Source: an uncultured Candidatus Rokubacteria bacterium (GTDB taxonomy: Bacteria > Methylomirabilota > Methylomirabilia > Rokubacteriales > CSP1-6). From it: 64,000 bases of DNA. The notes below the pieces were generated by a model. The model saw nothing but the letters and a program-made list of their open reading frames with translations. It was not told the origin of the DNA and searched no databases. Shown piece after piece: positions 1-10,823 of this stretch. Each line of letters opens with the position of its first letter. Within the stretch, counting starts at the first letter, position 1. The translations under genes and the position numbers were made by a program. The stretch is from contig CAVXJS010000011.1 in NCBI GenBank assembly GCA_963762145.1, positions 768,001-832,000 on the forward strand, written 5' to 3'.

Positions 1-2
1 GG

Positions 3-1112
3 GTGGACTACGGCCGCGATGGCCTGATCGAGGCGGTGACGCCGCTCGAGGACGACGTGCCCGCGCTGGTGGTCAAGCGCCGGCTGAAGGACGTCAACCG
101 CTTCGAGACGCGCTCCTCGCTCAAGACGCCCAAGGCCGAGTACGGGCACATGGAGCTCCTGGAGGTCGGCAAGGGGTGTGGCCGCGGCTGCCGGTTCTGT
201 CTGGAAGGCCAGGTCTACCGGCCGGTCCGTCACCGGAGCCTCGAATCCCTGCGCGAATCGGTGGCGAAGATCGCCAAGGAGTCCAAGCGGGTCGGGCTCG
301 TGGGGGCCTGCGTGTCCGACTACCCGTGGATCGGCGACCTCATGCGCATGCTCGAGGAGGCCGGGGTCGAGGTGTCCATCTCCTCGCTCCGGGCCGACAG
401 CCTCACGGAGGACCTGGTGGCGTCGCTCCAGCGCGGGGGGCACCGGACCCTGACCATGGCACCGGAAGCGGGCACCGAGCGGCTGCGCCGCGTCGTGCGC
501 AAGGCCATCACCGACGAGCAGCTCTACGAGGCCTGCCACCTGCTGCGCCGCTACGGCATCCCGAACCTCAAGTGCTACTTCATGATCGGGCTGCCCACCG
601 AGACCCGCGAGGACATCGAGGCGATCCCCGATCTGGCCGCGCGGCTGATCGAGCGCCTCCGTGCGCTGGGGCCCGACGGCCACTCCTTCGGCAAGCTGAC
701 GCTGTCGGTGTCCTCCTTCGTCCCCAAGCCGTGGACGCCGTTCCAGTGGGCGCCGTTCGACGATCCGCGGGCGCTCGAGGAGAAGCTCGACATCATCAAG
801 CGGGCGGCCCGTCGGCTCGACACGATCCGGGTGGTGCACGAGAATCCGCGCGAGGCCGCGCTCCAGGCCCTGCTCGCGCGCGGCGACCGACGGGTGGCCG
901 ACTTCGTGGAGCTGGCCGCGCAGCTCGACGGTGACTGGCGCCACGCCCTCCGCGACTGGGCCGGCGACCCGGCGTCCTTCACCCGGCGGCACCGGGAGGC
1001 GGCCGAGATCATGCCGTGGGACCACTTCGACGTCGGGGTGAAGAAGGCCGGGCTCCTCCGCGAGTGGGAGCGGGCGCTCGAGCCCGCGGTCCCCGCGGCG
1101 GCGGTGCGGTAG
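3..1112 (+). CDS. Radical SAM protein, B12-binding/TIGR03960-like family, 5'-partial
   Basis: CxxxCxxC motif (CGRGCRFC), APEAGTERLR, YFMIGLPTE, FVPKPWTPFQW and a C-terminal PWDH motif. Confidence 0.8.
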   Translation: MDYGRDGLIEAVTPLEDDVPALVVKRRLKDVNRFETRSSLKTPKAEYGHMELLEVGKGCGRGCRFCLEGQVYRPVRHRSLESLRESVAKIAKESKRVGLVGACVSDYPWIGDLMRMLEEAGVEVSISSLRADSLTEDLVASLQRGGHRTLTMAPEAGTERLRRVVRKAITDEQLYEACHLLRRYGIPNLKCYFMIGLPTETREDIEAIPDLAARLIERLRALGPDGHSFGKLTLSVSSFVPKPWTPFQWAPFDDPRALEEKLDIIKRAARRLDTIRVVHENPREAALQALLARGDRRVADFVELAAQLDGDWRHALRDWAGDPASFTRRHREAAEIMPWDHFDVGVKKAGLLREWERALEPAVPAAAVR

Positions 1113-1116
1113 CGCG

Positions 1117-1422
1117 ATGGCCTCCTTCAAGGTCGCCAAGGCCACCGAGGTGCCGCCCGGCCAGGGCCTCGTGGTCCAGGCGGGGGCGAAGAGCCTCGCG
1201 CTCTGGAACGTCGACGGCGCCTATCACGCGATCGACAACACCTGTCCCCATCGGGGCGGCCCGATGGGCGAGGGCGATCTGGATGGCCGGCTCGCGATCT
1301 GCCCGTGGCACGGCTGGCGCTGGGACGTGACGACCGGAGCCAACGCCAACAACCCCGCGGTCAAGATCGGCTGCTTCCCGGCCTCGGTGGTTGACGGCGA
1401 CGTGTACGTGGAGATGCCGTGA
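1117..1422 (+). CDS. Rieske [2Fe-2S] ferredoxin
   Basis: CPH...CPWH Rieske ligand motifs in a 101-aa protein. Confidence 0.9.
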   Translation: MASFKVAKATEVPPGQGLVVQAGAKSLALWNVDGAYHAIDNTCPHRGGPMGEGDLDGRLAICPWHGWRWDVTTGANANNPAVKIGCFPASVVDGDVYVEMP

Positions 1423-2439
1423 TCCGGGACACGCTCGAGCGCCCGCTACGCAACCTGCGGCTCTCGGTCACCGACCGCTGCAACCTGCGCTGTCAGTACT
1501 GCATGCCCGAGGAGGAGTACGTCTGGCTGCCCCGCAATGACGTGCTGACCTTCGAGGAGATGGACCGGCTCGTGGACGTCTTCGCCGACCTGGGGGTGGA
1601 CAAGGTGCGTCTCACCGGCGGTGAGCCGCTGCTCCGGCGCGACCTCGACCGGCTCGTGCGGCTCCTCGCGGCCAACCCGCGCATCCAGGACCTGGCCATG
1701 ACCACGAACGGGGTGTTGCTGGCCGAGCAGGCGCCCGCGCTGCGCGCGGCGGGCCTCCACCGGGTCACGGTCAGCCTCGACACGCTGCGCGAGGATCGCT
1801 TCAAGACGTTGACCCGACGCGATACGCACGCTCGGGTGCTGGAGGGCATCGCGGCGGTGGGGAAGACGGGCTGGCCCGGGCTCAAGCTCGACACGGTCGT
1901 GATGCGTGGGGTCAACGACGACGAGCTGGCCGACCTGATCGAGTACGCGGCGACCGTCTCCGCGGAGGTGCGCTTCATCGAGTACATGGACGTGGGTGGC
2001 GCGACCCACTGGAGCATGGACCGCGTGGTGTCGCGCCAGGAGATCCTGACCCGGCTCGCCGAGCGCTACGGGCCGATCGAGCCGATCGTGGAGGAGAGCT
2101 CGGCGCCCGCCGACCGCTTCCGCCTCCCCGACGGCCGCGTGTTCGGGATCATCTCGTCCACCACCGCGCCCTTCTGCCGCAGCTGCGACCGGAGCCGGCT
2201 CACCGCCGACGGCGTGTGGTATCTCTGCCTCTACGCCGCGCGCGGCACCGACCTGCGCGGGCCGCTGCGGGAAGGGCGCCTCGCGCGAGGACCTGCTGGC
2301 CCTCATCCGGTCCACCTGGCAGGCGCGTCGCGATCGCGGGGCGGAGGAGCGGCTGGCGACTCCCGACCGGAGCCCGCTGATGCAGATCGGCGAGCTCAAG
2401 CGCGATCCGCACCTCGAGATGCACACGCGCGGCGGGTAG
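1419..2439 (+). CDS. moaA: GTP 3',8-cyclase MoaA, with an apparent +1 frameshift near 2274
   Basis: LRLSVTDRCNLRCQYCMP and the second cluster motif FCRSCDRSRLTADG. Removing one G from GAAGGGCGCC restores the typical C-terminus ...EMHTRGG-TAG (2437-2439). Confidence 0.9.
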
Positions 2440-2443
2440 GGCC

Positions 2444-3145
2444 GTGGACCAGCCCGGCGTGGACGTGCGGGAGAAGGGCGCCAACCAGCAGATCTCCGAG
2501 CGCCGGCTGTTCGTCCAGCTCCAGGTCTGGACGGGCTGCCCCGACGGCAAGCCGCTGGTGGAGGCGATGGAGCGGAGCCGGATCGAGGGCGTGCTCTACC
2601 ACGACGTCAACGATCCCGCCGGCGTGGCGCTGCTGGCCTTCCACGAGGATCCGGCCTTCTTCGCGGGCACGCTCCGCGGGCTGCTCGCCGCGGAGCCGTT
2701 CGTCTCGCTCCGGCACCGGCCCGAGCTCACCATGCTCGGGCGCACCTATGCCTCGGGATTCGAGCCGGACCTCGAGGACTGGCTCCTCGCCCGCCCGCGC
2801 CGGACCGTGCTGAATCCGGCCTGGCCCTGGGGCATCTGGTATCCGCTCCGACGGGACGGGGCGTTCGCGCGGCTGACCTCGCAGGAACAGGGGGCGATCC
2901 TCCGCGAGCACGGCACCATGGGCCGGGCCTACGGCGACGCGGACCTGGCCCACGACGTGCGGCTCGCCTGCCACGGCCTCGACGCGCACGACAACGATTT
3001 CGTGATCGGACTCGTCGGGCGCGAGCTGCACCCGCTGTCCCACCTGGTGCAGGCCATGCGCCGGACCGCGCAGACCTCCCAGTACCTCCAGAGCCTGGGC
3101 CCCTTCTTCGTGGGTCACACGCTCTGGCAGAGCCCGCTGCGGTGA
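2444..3145 (+). CDS. Chlorite dismutase / coproheme decarboxylase (Cld/ChdC) family heme protein
   Basis: WYPLRR, EHG (proximal His), GLD..DFVIG and terminal PFFVG pattern of the family. Confidence 0.75.
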   Translation: MDQPGVDVREKGANQQISERRLFVQLQVWTGCPDGKPLVEAMERSRIEGVLYHDVNDPAGVALLAFHEDPAFFAGTLRGLLAAEPFVSLRHRPELTMLGRTYASGFEPDLEDWLLARPRRTVLNPAWPWGIWYPLRRDGAFARLTSQEQGAILREHGTMGRAYGDADLAHDVRLACHGLDAHDNDFVIGLVGRELHPLSHLVQAMRRTAQTSQYLQSLGPFFVGHTLWQSPLR

Positions 3146-3537
3146 GCCGACGAGCCGCCGCCCGACGCGCGGGCCGGGTTCTGGGCGCGATCCTGCTGGT
3201 CGCCGTCGCGGTCGTCCCGGCGGGCTGCGCGCCGCTGCCGCCCGCGCGCCAGGTCACCGACATCAACCTGCTCGTGGGCCGCTGGCAAGGGCAGATCACG
3301 TTCAGCCGGGGTCCGTACCAGCTCTTCTACCTCACGATCAACCCCGACGGCACCCTCATCGCGTCGTGGGACGGCGTGACCCGCTGGGGCAAGGTCACGC
3401 TCGAGGGCGCCCGCACGCGCTTCAGCTTCTACATCTGGAGCGGCAACCTCGACTACCTCGAAGGCGGCGGCAACCGCGTCATCCTCCTCAAGGAGGATTT
3501 CTCCCATTGGGACGCGATCGTCCGGCCCCTCACCTAG
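3142..3537 (+). CDS. Hypothetical lipoprotein
   Basis: Basic N-terminus, hydrophobic stretch and lipobox-like PAGC; GTGA overlap with the upstream gene. Confidence 0.6.
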   Translation: MSRRAAARRAGRVLGAILLVAVAVVPAGCAPLPPARQVTDINLLVGRWQGQITFSRGPYQLFYLTINPDGTLIASWDGVTRWGKVTLEGARTRFSFYIWSGNLDYLEGGGNRVILLKEDFSHWDAIVRPLT

Positions 3538-4027
3538 GGCGCCCGGCGGCCTCCCACGCGGCCAGGTTGGCCTCGATCTGCCTGGCGTGGATCTCGAGAT
3601 GCTCCGCATAGATCGTCAGCCAGTCCAGCGCGGTGTAGCGGCCCGACCCGGTGTGACGGCCTTCCTTCGCCCAGGCCTCCTCGGGCAGGCGACGCAGCAT
3701 CACCACGGTGTTGGCGCGCACCGCCCGCACGGTGGCCAGCGCAAGGTCGACCGGGTGCCCGTGATAGTCGAGCGCGACCGCCCAGACGTTCTCGTCGTAG
3801 CCCAGGACCACCGGCTCGGGCTCGCAGACCACGTAGCGGATGCGGGCGGCCCCGTTGGTCTCCGAGTCCGCGCAGTGGCAGACCACCTCGTGGGCGGACC
3901 ACTCGCCGGGCGCCGGGCGCCACTTCCGCGCTTCTGCGGGGACGCGGCCCAGGGCGCTCTCGAGGCGCGCGGGGCCGTCGACGTACTGCTGGATCAGGTG
4001 CTCGCGATCGGATCGGGTGAGGCTCAT
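3530..4027 (-). CDS. DinB/YfiT family protein
   Basis: WSAHEVVCHCADSE and H-x3-H (HLEIHARQI) metal-binding His pattern. Confidence 0.8.
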   Translation of the reverse strand: MSLTRSDREHLIQQYVDGPARLESALGRVPAEARKWRPAPGEWSAHEVVCHCADSETNGAARIRYVVCEPEPVVLGYDENVWAVALDYHGHPVDLALATVRAVRANTVVMLRRLPEEAWAKEGRHTGSGRYTALDWLTIYAEHLEIHARQIEANLAAWEAAGRPR

Positions 4028-4047
4028 CGGTGATCGTCTCCTTCCGG

Positions 4048-4551
4048 ATGCGGTTGATACGGACGGCGCTGGCCGCCGCGGCCGGGATCCTCCTCGCGGC
4101 CGCCGCCCACGCCCAGCCCGAGCGCGCCGCCGCGCGCGTGGACCACGCGGGCGTGCAGGCCCTGCTCGTGACGCTCGGTTACCACCCGCGCGAGGCGCGC
4201 AACGAGACGGGGCCCGAGTACGAGATCGTCCTTCGCCCGCCGGGCGGCCTCGCGGTCACCACCCGGGTCACCCTGTCCAAGGACGGCACGCTGGTGTGGC
4301 TGGTGGCCTGGCTCAAGAAGGTGCCGCCCGGCCGGACCATCAGCGGCAACGCGGTGCTCAACATGCTGAACGAGAACGACGCCATCGGTCCCACGCATTT
4401 CTCCTACAACGAGGGACGCCGCTGGTTCTTCCTCAACAAGCCGGTGCCGAATCAGGGTCTGACCGCCGAGCGCCTGCAGGCCGAGCTGCAGCAGCTCGGG
4501 GCGACGATCGCGCGGACCGAGGCCCTCTGGGACTTCGAGCGCTGGAAGTGA
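4048..4551 (+). CDS. Secreted hypothetical protein, YbjN/CesT-like fold suspected
   Basis: Signal peptide ending AHA|Q; LNMLNEN..GP..F and terminal helix ending LW resemble YbjN/CesT-type domains. Confidence 0.5.
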   Translation: MRLIRTALAAAAGILLAAAAHAQPERAAARVDHAGVQALLVTLGYHPREARNETGPEYEIVLRPPGGLAVTTRVTLSKDGTLVWLVAWLKKVPPGRTISGNAVLNMLNENDAIGPTHFSYNEGRRWFFLNKPVPNQGLTAERLQAELQQLGATIARTEALWDFERWK

Positions 4552-4606
4552 CAAGCGAGAATTCTGGCGACGGCAAGTTCGGAAGGCTTCCCGGTCGCGC
4601 GGGGTC

Positions 4607-6055
4607 TCAGGGCAGGGGCGCGGGCAGGTCCGAGCGCCCCATCAGGTAGCGGTCCACGCCGCGGGCGGCGCTGCGGCCCTCCGCGATGGCCCACACGATC
4701 AGCGACTGACCCCGCTGCATGTCCCCCGCGGTGAACACGCCCGGCACGCTGGTCATCCAGTGCTCGTCGCGCTTGACGTTCCCCCGGTCGGTGAGGGCGA
4801 CGCCGAGCTGCTCGAGCAGCCCGGGCCGCTCGGGGCCCACGAAGCCCATGGCGAGCAGCACGAGCTCGCAGGGCAGGACGAACGCCGAATCCGGCACCTC
4901 CCGGAACACGAGGCGTCCGCCCTCGCGCGCCGGCTCCACGCGCGCCACCTCGAGGGCCTTCACGCGGCCGCGCTCGTCGCCGACGAAGCGGGTGGTGGAC
5001 ACCGAGTAGATGCGCGCGCCGCCCTCCGCGTGGGCGGAGGAGACCCGGTAGATGTTCGGCCACTGCGGCCACGGGTTGTCGGCGGCGCGGCTCTCCGGCG
5101 GGCGCGGGAGGATCTCGAGCTGGTGGACCTCCAGGGCGCCCTGACGATGCGCGGTGCCCAGGCAGTCGGCCCCGGTGTCGCCGCCTCCGATGATCACCAC
5201 CCGCCGGCCCTCGGCGCTGATGAAGGCGCCGTCGGGCACCGTGTCGCCCTCGCAGCGCCGGTTCTGCGGCGTGAGGTAGTCCATGGCGAAGTGCACGCCG
5301 TCCAGCTCCCGCCCCGGAATCGGCAGGTCCCGGGGGGCGCAGGCGCCCCCGCAGAGCACGAGGGCGTCGAACTCGCGTCGCAGCGCCTCCGCCGGCCGAT
5401 CCACGCCCACGTGCGCGCCCACCACGAAGCGCACGCCTTCCGCCTCCATCTGGGCGAGCCGCCGGTCCAGCACCCGCTTCTCCATCTTGAACTCGGGGAT
5501 GCCGTACCGGAGCAGCCCGCCGATCCGGTCCGCGCGCTCGAAGACCGTGACCTGGTGGCCGGCGCGCGCGAGCTGCTGAGCGGCCGCGAGCCCGGCGGGA
5601 CCGGAGCCGATCACCGCGACGGTCTTGCCGGTCGGCGCGGCGGGCGGCTCGGGGGCGATCCAGCCCTCCTCGAACGCGCGGTCGATGATCGCGAGCTCGA
5701 CCGCCTTGATCGTCACCGGGTCGTCGTTGATGCCGAGCACGCAGGAGCCCTCGCAGGGCGCCGGGCAGAGCGTGCCGGTGAACTCGGGGAAGTTGTTGGT
5801 GGCGTGCAGGCGGTCGATCGCCTCGCGCCACTTGTCCCGGTAGACGAGGTCGTTCCAGTCCGGGATGAGATTGCCGAGCGGGCAGCCCTGGTGACAGAAG
5901 GGAATGCCGCAGTCCATGCAGCGCGCGCCCTGCTGCCGGAGGGTTTCGCCCGGCCACGGGAGCATGACCTGGCGCCAGTCGCGCGTCCGCTCCTCGACGG
6001 GCCGGTACGGCTGCTTGTCGCGCTTCCACTCGATGAATCCGGTGACCTTGCCCAC
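4607..6055 (-). CDS. gltD: Glutamate synthase small subunit
   Basis: MGKVTGF start, [15 protein letters not shown] Fe-S motif, GSGPAG and GGGDTGADC. Confidence 0.97.
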   Translation of the reverse strand: MGKVTGFIEWKRDKQPYRPVEERTRDWRQVMLPWPGETLRQQGARCMDCGIPFCHQGCPLGNLIPDWNDLVYRDKWREAIDRLHATNNFPEFTGTLCPAPCEGSCVLGINDDPVTIKAVELAIIDRAFEEGWIAPEPPAAPTGKTVAVIGSGPAGLAAAQQLARAGHQVTVFERADRIGGLLRYGIPEFKMEKRVLDRRLAQMEAEGVRFVVGAHVGVDRPAEALRREFDALVLCGGACAPRDLPIPGRELDGVHFAMDYLTPQNRRCEGDTVPDGAFISAEGRRVVIIGGGDTGADCLGTAHRQGALEVHQLEILPRPPESRAADNPWPQWPNIYRVSSAHAEGGARIYSVSTTRFVGDERGRVKALEVARVEPAREGGRLVFREVPDSAFVLPCELVLLAMGFVGPERPGLLEQLGVALTDRGNVKRDEHWMTSVPGVFTAGDMQRGQSLIVWAIAEGRSAARGVDRYLMGRSDLPAPLP

Positions 6056-6066
6056 GTCCGGAACCT

Positions 6067-9000
6067 CTAATTGTGCGCGCTGGCCATGACGGCCTCGTCG
6101 GCCGACATCCCGGTTTCCTGCGCCTTCTTGATCGCCTCCATGACCCGCTTGTAGTCCCGCGGGATCACCTTGACGAACCGGGAACGGCTCCGCTCCCAGT
6201 CCACGAGCAGCCGGGCCGCCACCGGGCTGTGGGTGAAGCGGATGTGCCGGGCCAGGAGATCCTTGACCAGCTCGACATCCGCGGTGTCCACCACCGCTTC
6301 CAGATCCACCATGCCCAGGTTGCAGCGCGCCTTGAAGTCACCCGCCTCGTCGAGCACGAAGGCGAGGCCGCCGGACATGCCGGCCGCGAAGTTCCGGCCG
6401 GTCTTCCCGATGACCACCACGCGGCCGCCCGTCATGTACTCGCAGCCGTGGTCGCCCACGCCTTCCACCACCGTGAGCGCGCCGCTGTTGCGGACCGCGA
6501 ACCGCTCGCCCGCGACGCCGCGGAAGTAGGCCTCGCCGCCGGTCGCCCCGTAGAGCACGACGTTGCCGACCAGGATGTTCTCCTCGGCCACGAAGGTGGC
6601 CTCCCGGGGCGGGAAGACGATGAGCTTGCCCCCCGACAGGCCCTTGCCGATGTAGTCGTTGGCGTCCCCCTCGAGGGTGAGCGTCACGCCGCGGGGCAGG
6701 AAAGCTCCGAAGCTCTGCCCGGCCGAGCCCGTGAAGTGGACGCGGATGGTATCGTCGCGCAGCCCTTCCGCGCCGTGGCGCGTGGTGATCTCCGCGCCCA
6801 GGATCGTGCCCACCGTGCGGTTGACGTTCTTGATCGGCAGCCGGATGTCGACCGGCTCCTGCCGCTCCAGCGCGGGCGCGCACAGCGGGAGCAGCGTGGT
6901 CATGTCGAGCGAGCGGTCGAGGCCGTGGTCCTGCTCGACCACCTTCCGCACCGCGACCTCGGGGCCGACCACGGGCCGGTGCAGGATCGCGGAGAAGTCG
7001 AGGCCGCGCGCCTTCCAGTGGTCGACCGCGGCGGCCACGTCGATGCGATCCACGCGACCGATCATCTCGTCCATGGTCCGGAAGCCGAGCCGCGCCATGT
7101 GCTCGCGCACCTCCTCCGCGATGTAGCGGAAGAAGTTCTCGACGAACTCGGGCCGCCCCGCGAACTTGGCCCGCAGGTGGGGGTCCTGGGTCGCGATGCC
7201 GACCGGACAGGTGTTGAGGTGGCACACCCGCATCATGATGCAGCCCATGACCACGAGGGGCCCGGTGGAGAACCCGAACTCCTCGGCCCCCATGAGCGCG
7301 CCGATCACCACGTCGCGGCCGGTCTTCATCTGGCCGTCGACCTGGACGATGATCCGGTCCCGCAGCTTGTTCATCACGAGGACCTGCTGCGTCTCGGCGA
7401 GCCCGAGCTCCCACGGGGTTCCGCCGTGCTTGATCGACGTGAGCGGGGCCGCCCCGGTGCCCCCGTCGTGGCCCGAGATCAGCACCACGTCGGAGTGAGC
7501 CTTGGCCACCCCGGCCGCCACGGTGCCCACCCCGACCTCGGAGACGAGCTTGACGCTGATGCGCGCCTTCGGGTTGCTGTTCTTCAGATCGTGGATGAGC
7601 TGGGCCAGATCCTCGATCGAGTAGATGTCGTGGTGCGGGGGCGGGGAGATGAGCCCGACGCCCGGGATCGAGTGCCGCACCTTGGCGATCCACGGGTAGA
7701 CCTTGTGCCCGGGGAGCTGACCGCCCTCGCCCGGCTTGGCCCCCTGGGCCATCTTGATCTGCAGATCCTCCGCGTTGACCAGGTACTCGCTGGTCACCCC
7801 GAAGCGGCCGGAGGCGATCTGCTTGATCGCGCTGCGGCGCGAATCGCCGTTGGCCTCGGGCCGGTAGCGGTCGGGATCCTCGCCGCCCTCCCCGGTATTG
7901 GACTTGCCGCCGAGGCGGTTCATGGCGATCGCGAGCGTCTGGTGCGCCTCGAGACTGATCGAGCCGTAGGACATGGCCCCGGTGGCGAAGCGCTTGACGA
8001 TCGCCTCGACCGGCTCCACCTCCGCCAGGGGCACCGGCTCCGGTGCCTCGCGCAGCGTGAACAGGCCGCGCAGGGTCGCGTGGTTCCGGCTCTGATCGTC
8101 GACCGTCTTCGTGTACTCCTTGAAGATCTTGTACTGGCCGCTCTGCGTCGCGTGCTGGAGGCGGAACACGGTGTCCGGGTTGAAGAGGTGATACTCGCCA
8201 TCGCGCCGCCACTGGTACTCGCCGCCCCAGGTCAGCTCGCGGCGGCCGCCCGCCGGCCGCTCCGGATGCGCGCGCCGATGGCGCGCGATCGCTTCCTCCG
8301 CGACCACCTCGAGACCGACCCCGCTGATGCGGGAGGCGGTCCAGGTGAAGAAGCGGTCGACGAGCTTCTTGCCCAGCCCGATCGCCTCGAAGATCTGGGC
8401 CCCGCGGTAGGAGTGGATGGTGGAGATCCCCATCTTGGAGATCACCTTGAGCACGCCCTTGTTCAGCGCCTTGATGTAGTTCTTGACCGCGGTCTTGTGA
8501 TCGAGGCCGGGCAGGAGGCCCTGGCGGATCATGTCGTCGAGGCTCTCGAACGCGAGGTAGGGATTGATCGCGCCCGCCCCGTAGCCCAGCAGCAGGGCCA
8601 TGTGGTGCACCTCGCGGGCCTCTCCGGTCTCGATGACGAAGCCGACCTTGCAGCGGGTGCCCTCGCGGATGAGGTGATGGTGCACGCCCGCGGTGGCGAG
8701 CAGGGCCGGGATCGGCGCGTGGGTCGCGTCCACCCCGCGGTCGGACAGGATCAGGAAGGTGTTGCCGTCGGCGACCGCCCGGCTCACCTGCGCGCACAGC
8801 TCGTCCATGGCCCGCTCGAGGCCCGCGCCCCCGTCGGCCACCGGGAACAGCATGGACACGGTGGCGGCCTTGAAGCCGGCCTGGTCCACGTGCCGGATGC
8901 GCGCCAGCTCGTCGTTGTTCAGGATCGGGGTCTTGAGCTTGATCTGGCGGGCCGCCTCGGGAACCGGCTCGAGCAGGTTGCCCTCCGGCCCGATGCTCGT

Positions 9001-10662
9001 CGCGATCTGGGTGACGAGCTCCTCGCGGATGCCGTCGAGCGGCGGATTGGTCACCTGGGCGAAGAGCTGCTTGAAGTAGTCGTAGAGCAGGCGCGGGCGA
9101 TCCGAGAGCACGGCGAGCGACGTGTCGGTGCCCATCGAGCCCACCGGCTCCTCGCCGCCTGCGGCCATGGGGCCCAGCAGGAGACGCAGGTCCTCGTGGG
9201 TGTAGCCGAAGACCTGCTGCCGCTCGAGCACCGTCTCGTGATCGGGCTCCGGCACGTGCGGCGGCTCGGGCAGGCTCTCGACCGGCGTGAGATACGCCCG
9301 GACCCACTCCCCGTAGGGATGCTGGGCCGCGTAGGTGTGCTTGAGCTCCGCGTCGTCGATGATCCGGCCCTGGGCGGTGTCCACCAGGAAGATCCGCCCG
9401 GGGTGCAGCCGCTCCTTCAGGAGCACGCGATCCGGCGGAATGTCGAGCACACCCACCTCGGAGGCCATCACCACCATGCCGTCCTTGGTGACGTAGTAGC
9501 GCGACGGGCGCAGGCCGTTGCGGTCGAGCACCGCGCCGATCACGGTGCCGTCGGTGAAGGCGATGGAGGCCGGCCCGTCCCACGGCTCCATCAGGCAGCC
9601 GTGGTACTCGTAGAAGGCCTTCGTCTCCTCGCTCATCGACTCGTGCCCGCTCCAGGCCTCCGGGATCATCATGAGCACGGCCAGGGGCAGCGGCCGGCCC
9701 GCCATCACCAGGAACTCGAGCACGTTGTCGAAGACCGCCGAGTCGCTGCCGCCCTCGACCACGATGGGCACGATCTTCCGGAGGTCGTCCCCCAGGAGCG
9801 CGGAGTGGCAGAGCGACTCGCGCGCCCGCATCCAGTTGATGTTGCCGCGCAGGGTGTTGATCTCGCCGTTGTGGGCCACGAACCGGTAGGGGTGCGCGAG
9901 CGGCCACGACGGGAACGTGTTGGTGGAGAACCGCTGGTGGACCAGCGCCAGCGCCGACTCCACCAGGGGATCCATGACGTCGGGGAACATGCCCTCGATC
10001 TGGTCGGCCGAGAGCATGCCCTTGTAGATGAGGGTGTTGGCGGAGAGGCTCGGCAGGTAGAAGTACTTCCGCTCGCCGATCTCGCTGTTGCGCACCGCGT
10101 GCTCCGCCCGCTTGCGGATGACGTAGAGCTTGCGCTCGAACGCAGCCCGATCGGGCACCGCGGGTCCGCGGGCGATGAACACCTGCTCGATCACCGGCTC
10201 CACCGAGCGCGCGGTGGGGCCGATCGCGGAGGAGTCGGTGGGGACGGGCCGCCAGCCGAGGACCGTCTGGCCCTCGTCGACCACGAGCCGCTCCAGGATG
10301 GCCCGGCACGCCTCGCGGTCCGCCGCGGCGCGGGGCAGGAACACGAGGCCGGCCCCGTAGCGGCCCTGCGCGGGCAGGGTGATGCCGAGCCGGGCGCACT
10401 CGCGCTCGAGGAACCGATGCGGCATCTGGATCAGGATGCCGGCGCCGTCGCCCGTGTTCACCTCGCAGCCACAGGCGCCGCGGTGCAGGAGGTTCTTCAG
10501 CACCGTGAGGGCCTGGCTCACGATCGCGTGGGACTTGCGGCCCTTGATGTCCACCACGAAGCCGACCCCGCAGGCGTCGTGCTCGTGGGCCGGGTCGTAG
10601 AGGCCCTGTGCCGGGGGCAGTCCCGGGTCCGTCGTCGCCGACCTCGCTGGCTCGTCCGTCAC
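6067..10662 (-). CDS. gltB: Glutamate synthase large subunit
   Basis: EHDACGVGF (Ntn Cys), [34 protein letters not shown]; GTG start chosen at 10662. Confidence 0.97.
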   Translation of the reverse strand: MTDEPARSATTDPGLPPAQGLYDPAHEHDACGVGFVVDIKGRKSHAIVSQALTVLKNLLHRGACGCEVNTGDGAGILIQMPHRFLERECARLGITLPAQGRYGAGLVFLPRAAADREACRAILERLVVDEGQTVLGWRPVPTDSSAIGPTARSVEPVIEQVFIARGPAVPDRAAFERKLYVIRKRAEHAVRNSEIGERKYFYLPSLSANTLIYKGMLSADQIEGMFPDVMDPLVESALALVHQRFSTNTFPSWPLAHPYRFVAHNGEINTLRGNINWMRARESLCHSALLGDDLRKIVPIVVEGGSDSAVFDNVLEFLVMAGRPLPLAVLMMIPEAWSGHESMSEETKAFYEYHGCLMEPWDGPASIAFTDGTVIGAVLDRNGLRPSRYYVTKDGMVVMASEVGVLDIPPDRVLLKERLHPGRIFLVDTAQGRIIDDAELKHTYAAQHPYGEWVRAYLTPVESLPEPPHVPEPDHETVLERQQVFGYTHEDLRLLLGPMAAGGEEPVGSMGTDTSLAVLSDRPRLLYDYFKQLFAQVTNPPLDGIREELVTQIATSIGPEGNLLEPVPEAARQIKLKTPILNNDELARIRHVDQAGFKAATVSMLFPVADGGAGLERAMDELCAQVSRAVADGNTFLILSDRGVDATHAPIPALLATAGVHHHLIREGTRCKVGFVIETGEAREVHHMALLLGYGAGAINPYLAFESLDDMIRQGLLPGLDHKTAVKNYIKALNKGVLKVISKMGISTIHSYRGAQIFEAIGLGKKLVDRFFTWTASRISGVGLEVVAEEAIARHRRAHPERPAGGRRELTWGGEYQWRRDGEYHLFNPDTVFRLQHATQSGQYKIFKEYTKTVDDQSRNHATLRGLFTLREAPEPVPLAEVEPVEAIVKRFATGAMSYGSISLEAHQTLAIAMNRLGGKSNTGEGGEDPDRYRPEANGDSRRSAIKQIASGRFGVTSEYLVNAEDLQIKMAQGAKPGEGGQLPGHKVYPWIAKVRHSIPGVGLISPPPHHDIYSIEDLAQLIHDLKNSNPKARISVKLVSEVGVGTVAAGVAKAHSDVVLISGHDGGTGAAPLTSIKHGGTPWELGLAETQQVLVMNKLRDRIIVQVDGQMKTGRDVVIGALMGAEEFGFSTGPLVVMGCIMMRVCHLNTCPVGIATQDPHLRAKFAGRPEFVENFFRYIAEEVREHMARLGFRTMDEMIGRVDRIDVAAAVDHWKARGLDFSAILHRPVVGPEVAVRKVVEQDHGLDRSLDMTTLLPLCAPALERQEPVDIRLPIKNVNRTVGTILGAEITTRHGAEGLRDDTIRVHFTGSAGQSFGAFLPRGVTLTLEGDANDYIGKGLSGGKLIVFPPREATFVAEENILVGNVVLYGATGGEAYFRGVAGERFAVRNSGALTVVEGVGDHGCEYMTGGRVVVIGKTGRNFAAGMSGGLAFVLDEAGDFKARCNLGMVDLEAVVDTADVELVKDLLARHIRFTHSPVAARLLVDWERSRSRFVKVIPRDYKRVMEAIKKAQETGMSADEAVMASAHN

Positions 10663-10759
10663 GTCGTCTCTCTCCGCCCCGCGTCGTCGCCGGGGCCCCC
10701 GAGCGGTGAGTGCTGCGCCGCGCCCAAACTTGTCTCGTGAGACTACACGGAAGCGGAAC

Positions 10760-10805
10760 ATTAGCCAAGCGAGAAGTGAGAAAACACGTCATTAGCTGTG
10801 CTAAT
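10760..10805. promoter_or_regulatory. LysR-type operator (T-N11-A dyad plus second half-site) between gltB and the LysR gene
   Basis: Perfect dyad ATTAGC-TGT-GCTAAT at 10791-10805; a second ATTAGC at 10760-10765. Confidence 0.7.
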
Positions 10806-10823
10806 AGTGGTACATTTCCGGCC

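Noticed and set aside
1419-2813. 464-aa MoaA with a long novel C-terminal extension
   Set aside because: Artefact of a +1 frameshift; the true GG-stop end is at 2439
1117-3145. (Per)chlorate reduction module (Mo cofactor plus Cld)
   Set aside because: No molybdoenzyme reductase, no signal peptide on the Cld-like protein and no evident distal Arg
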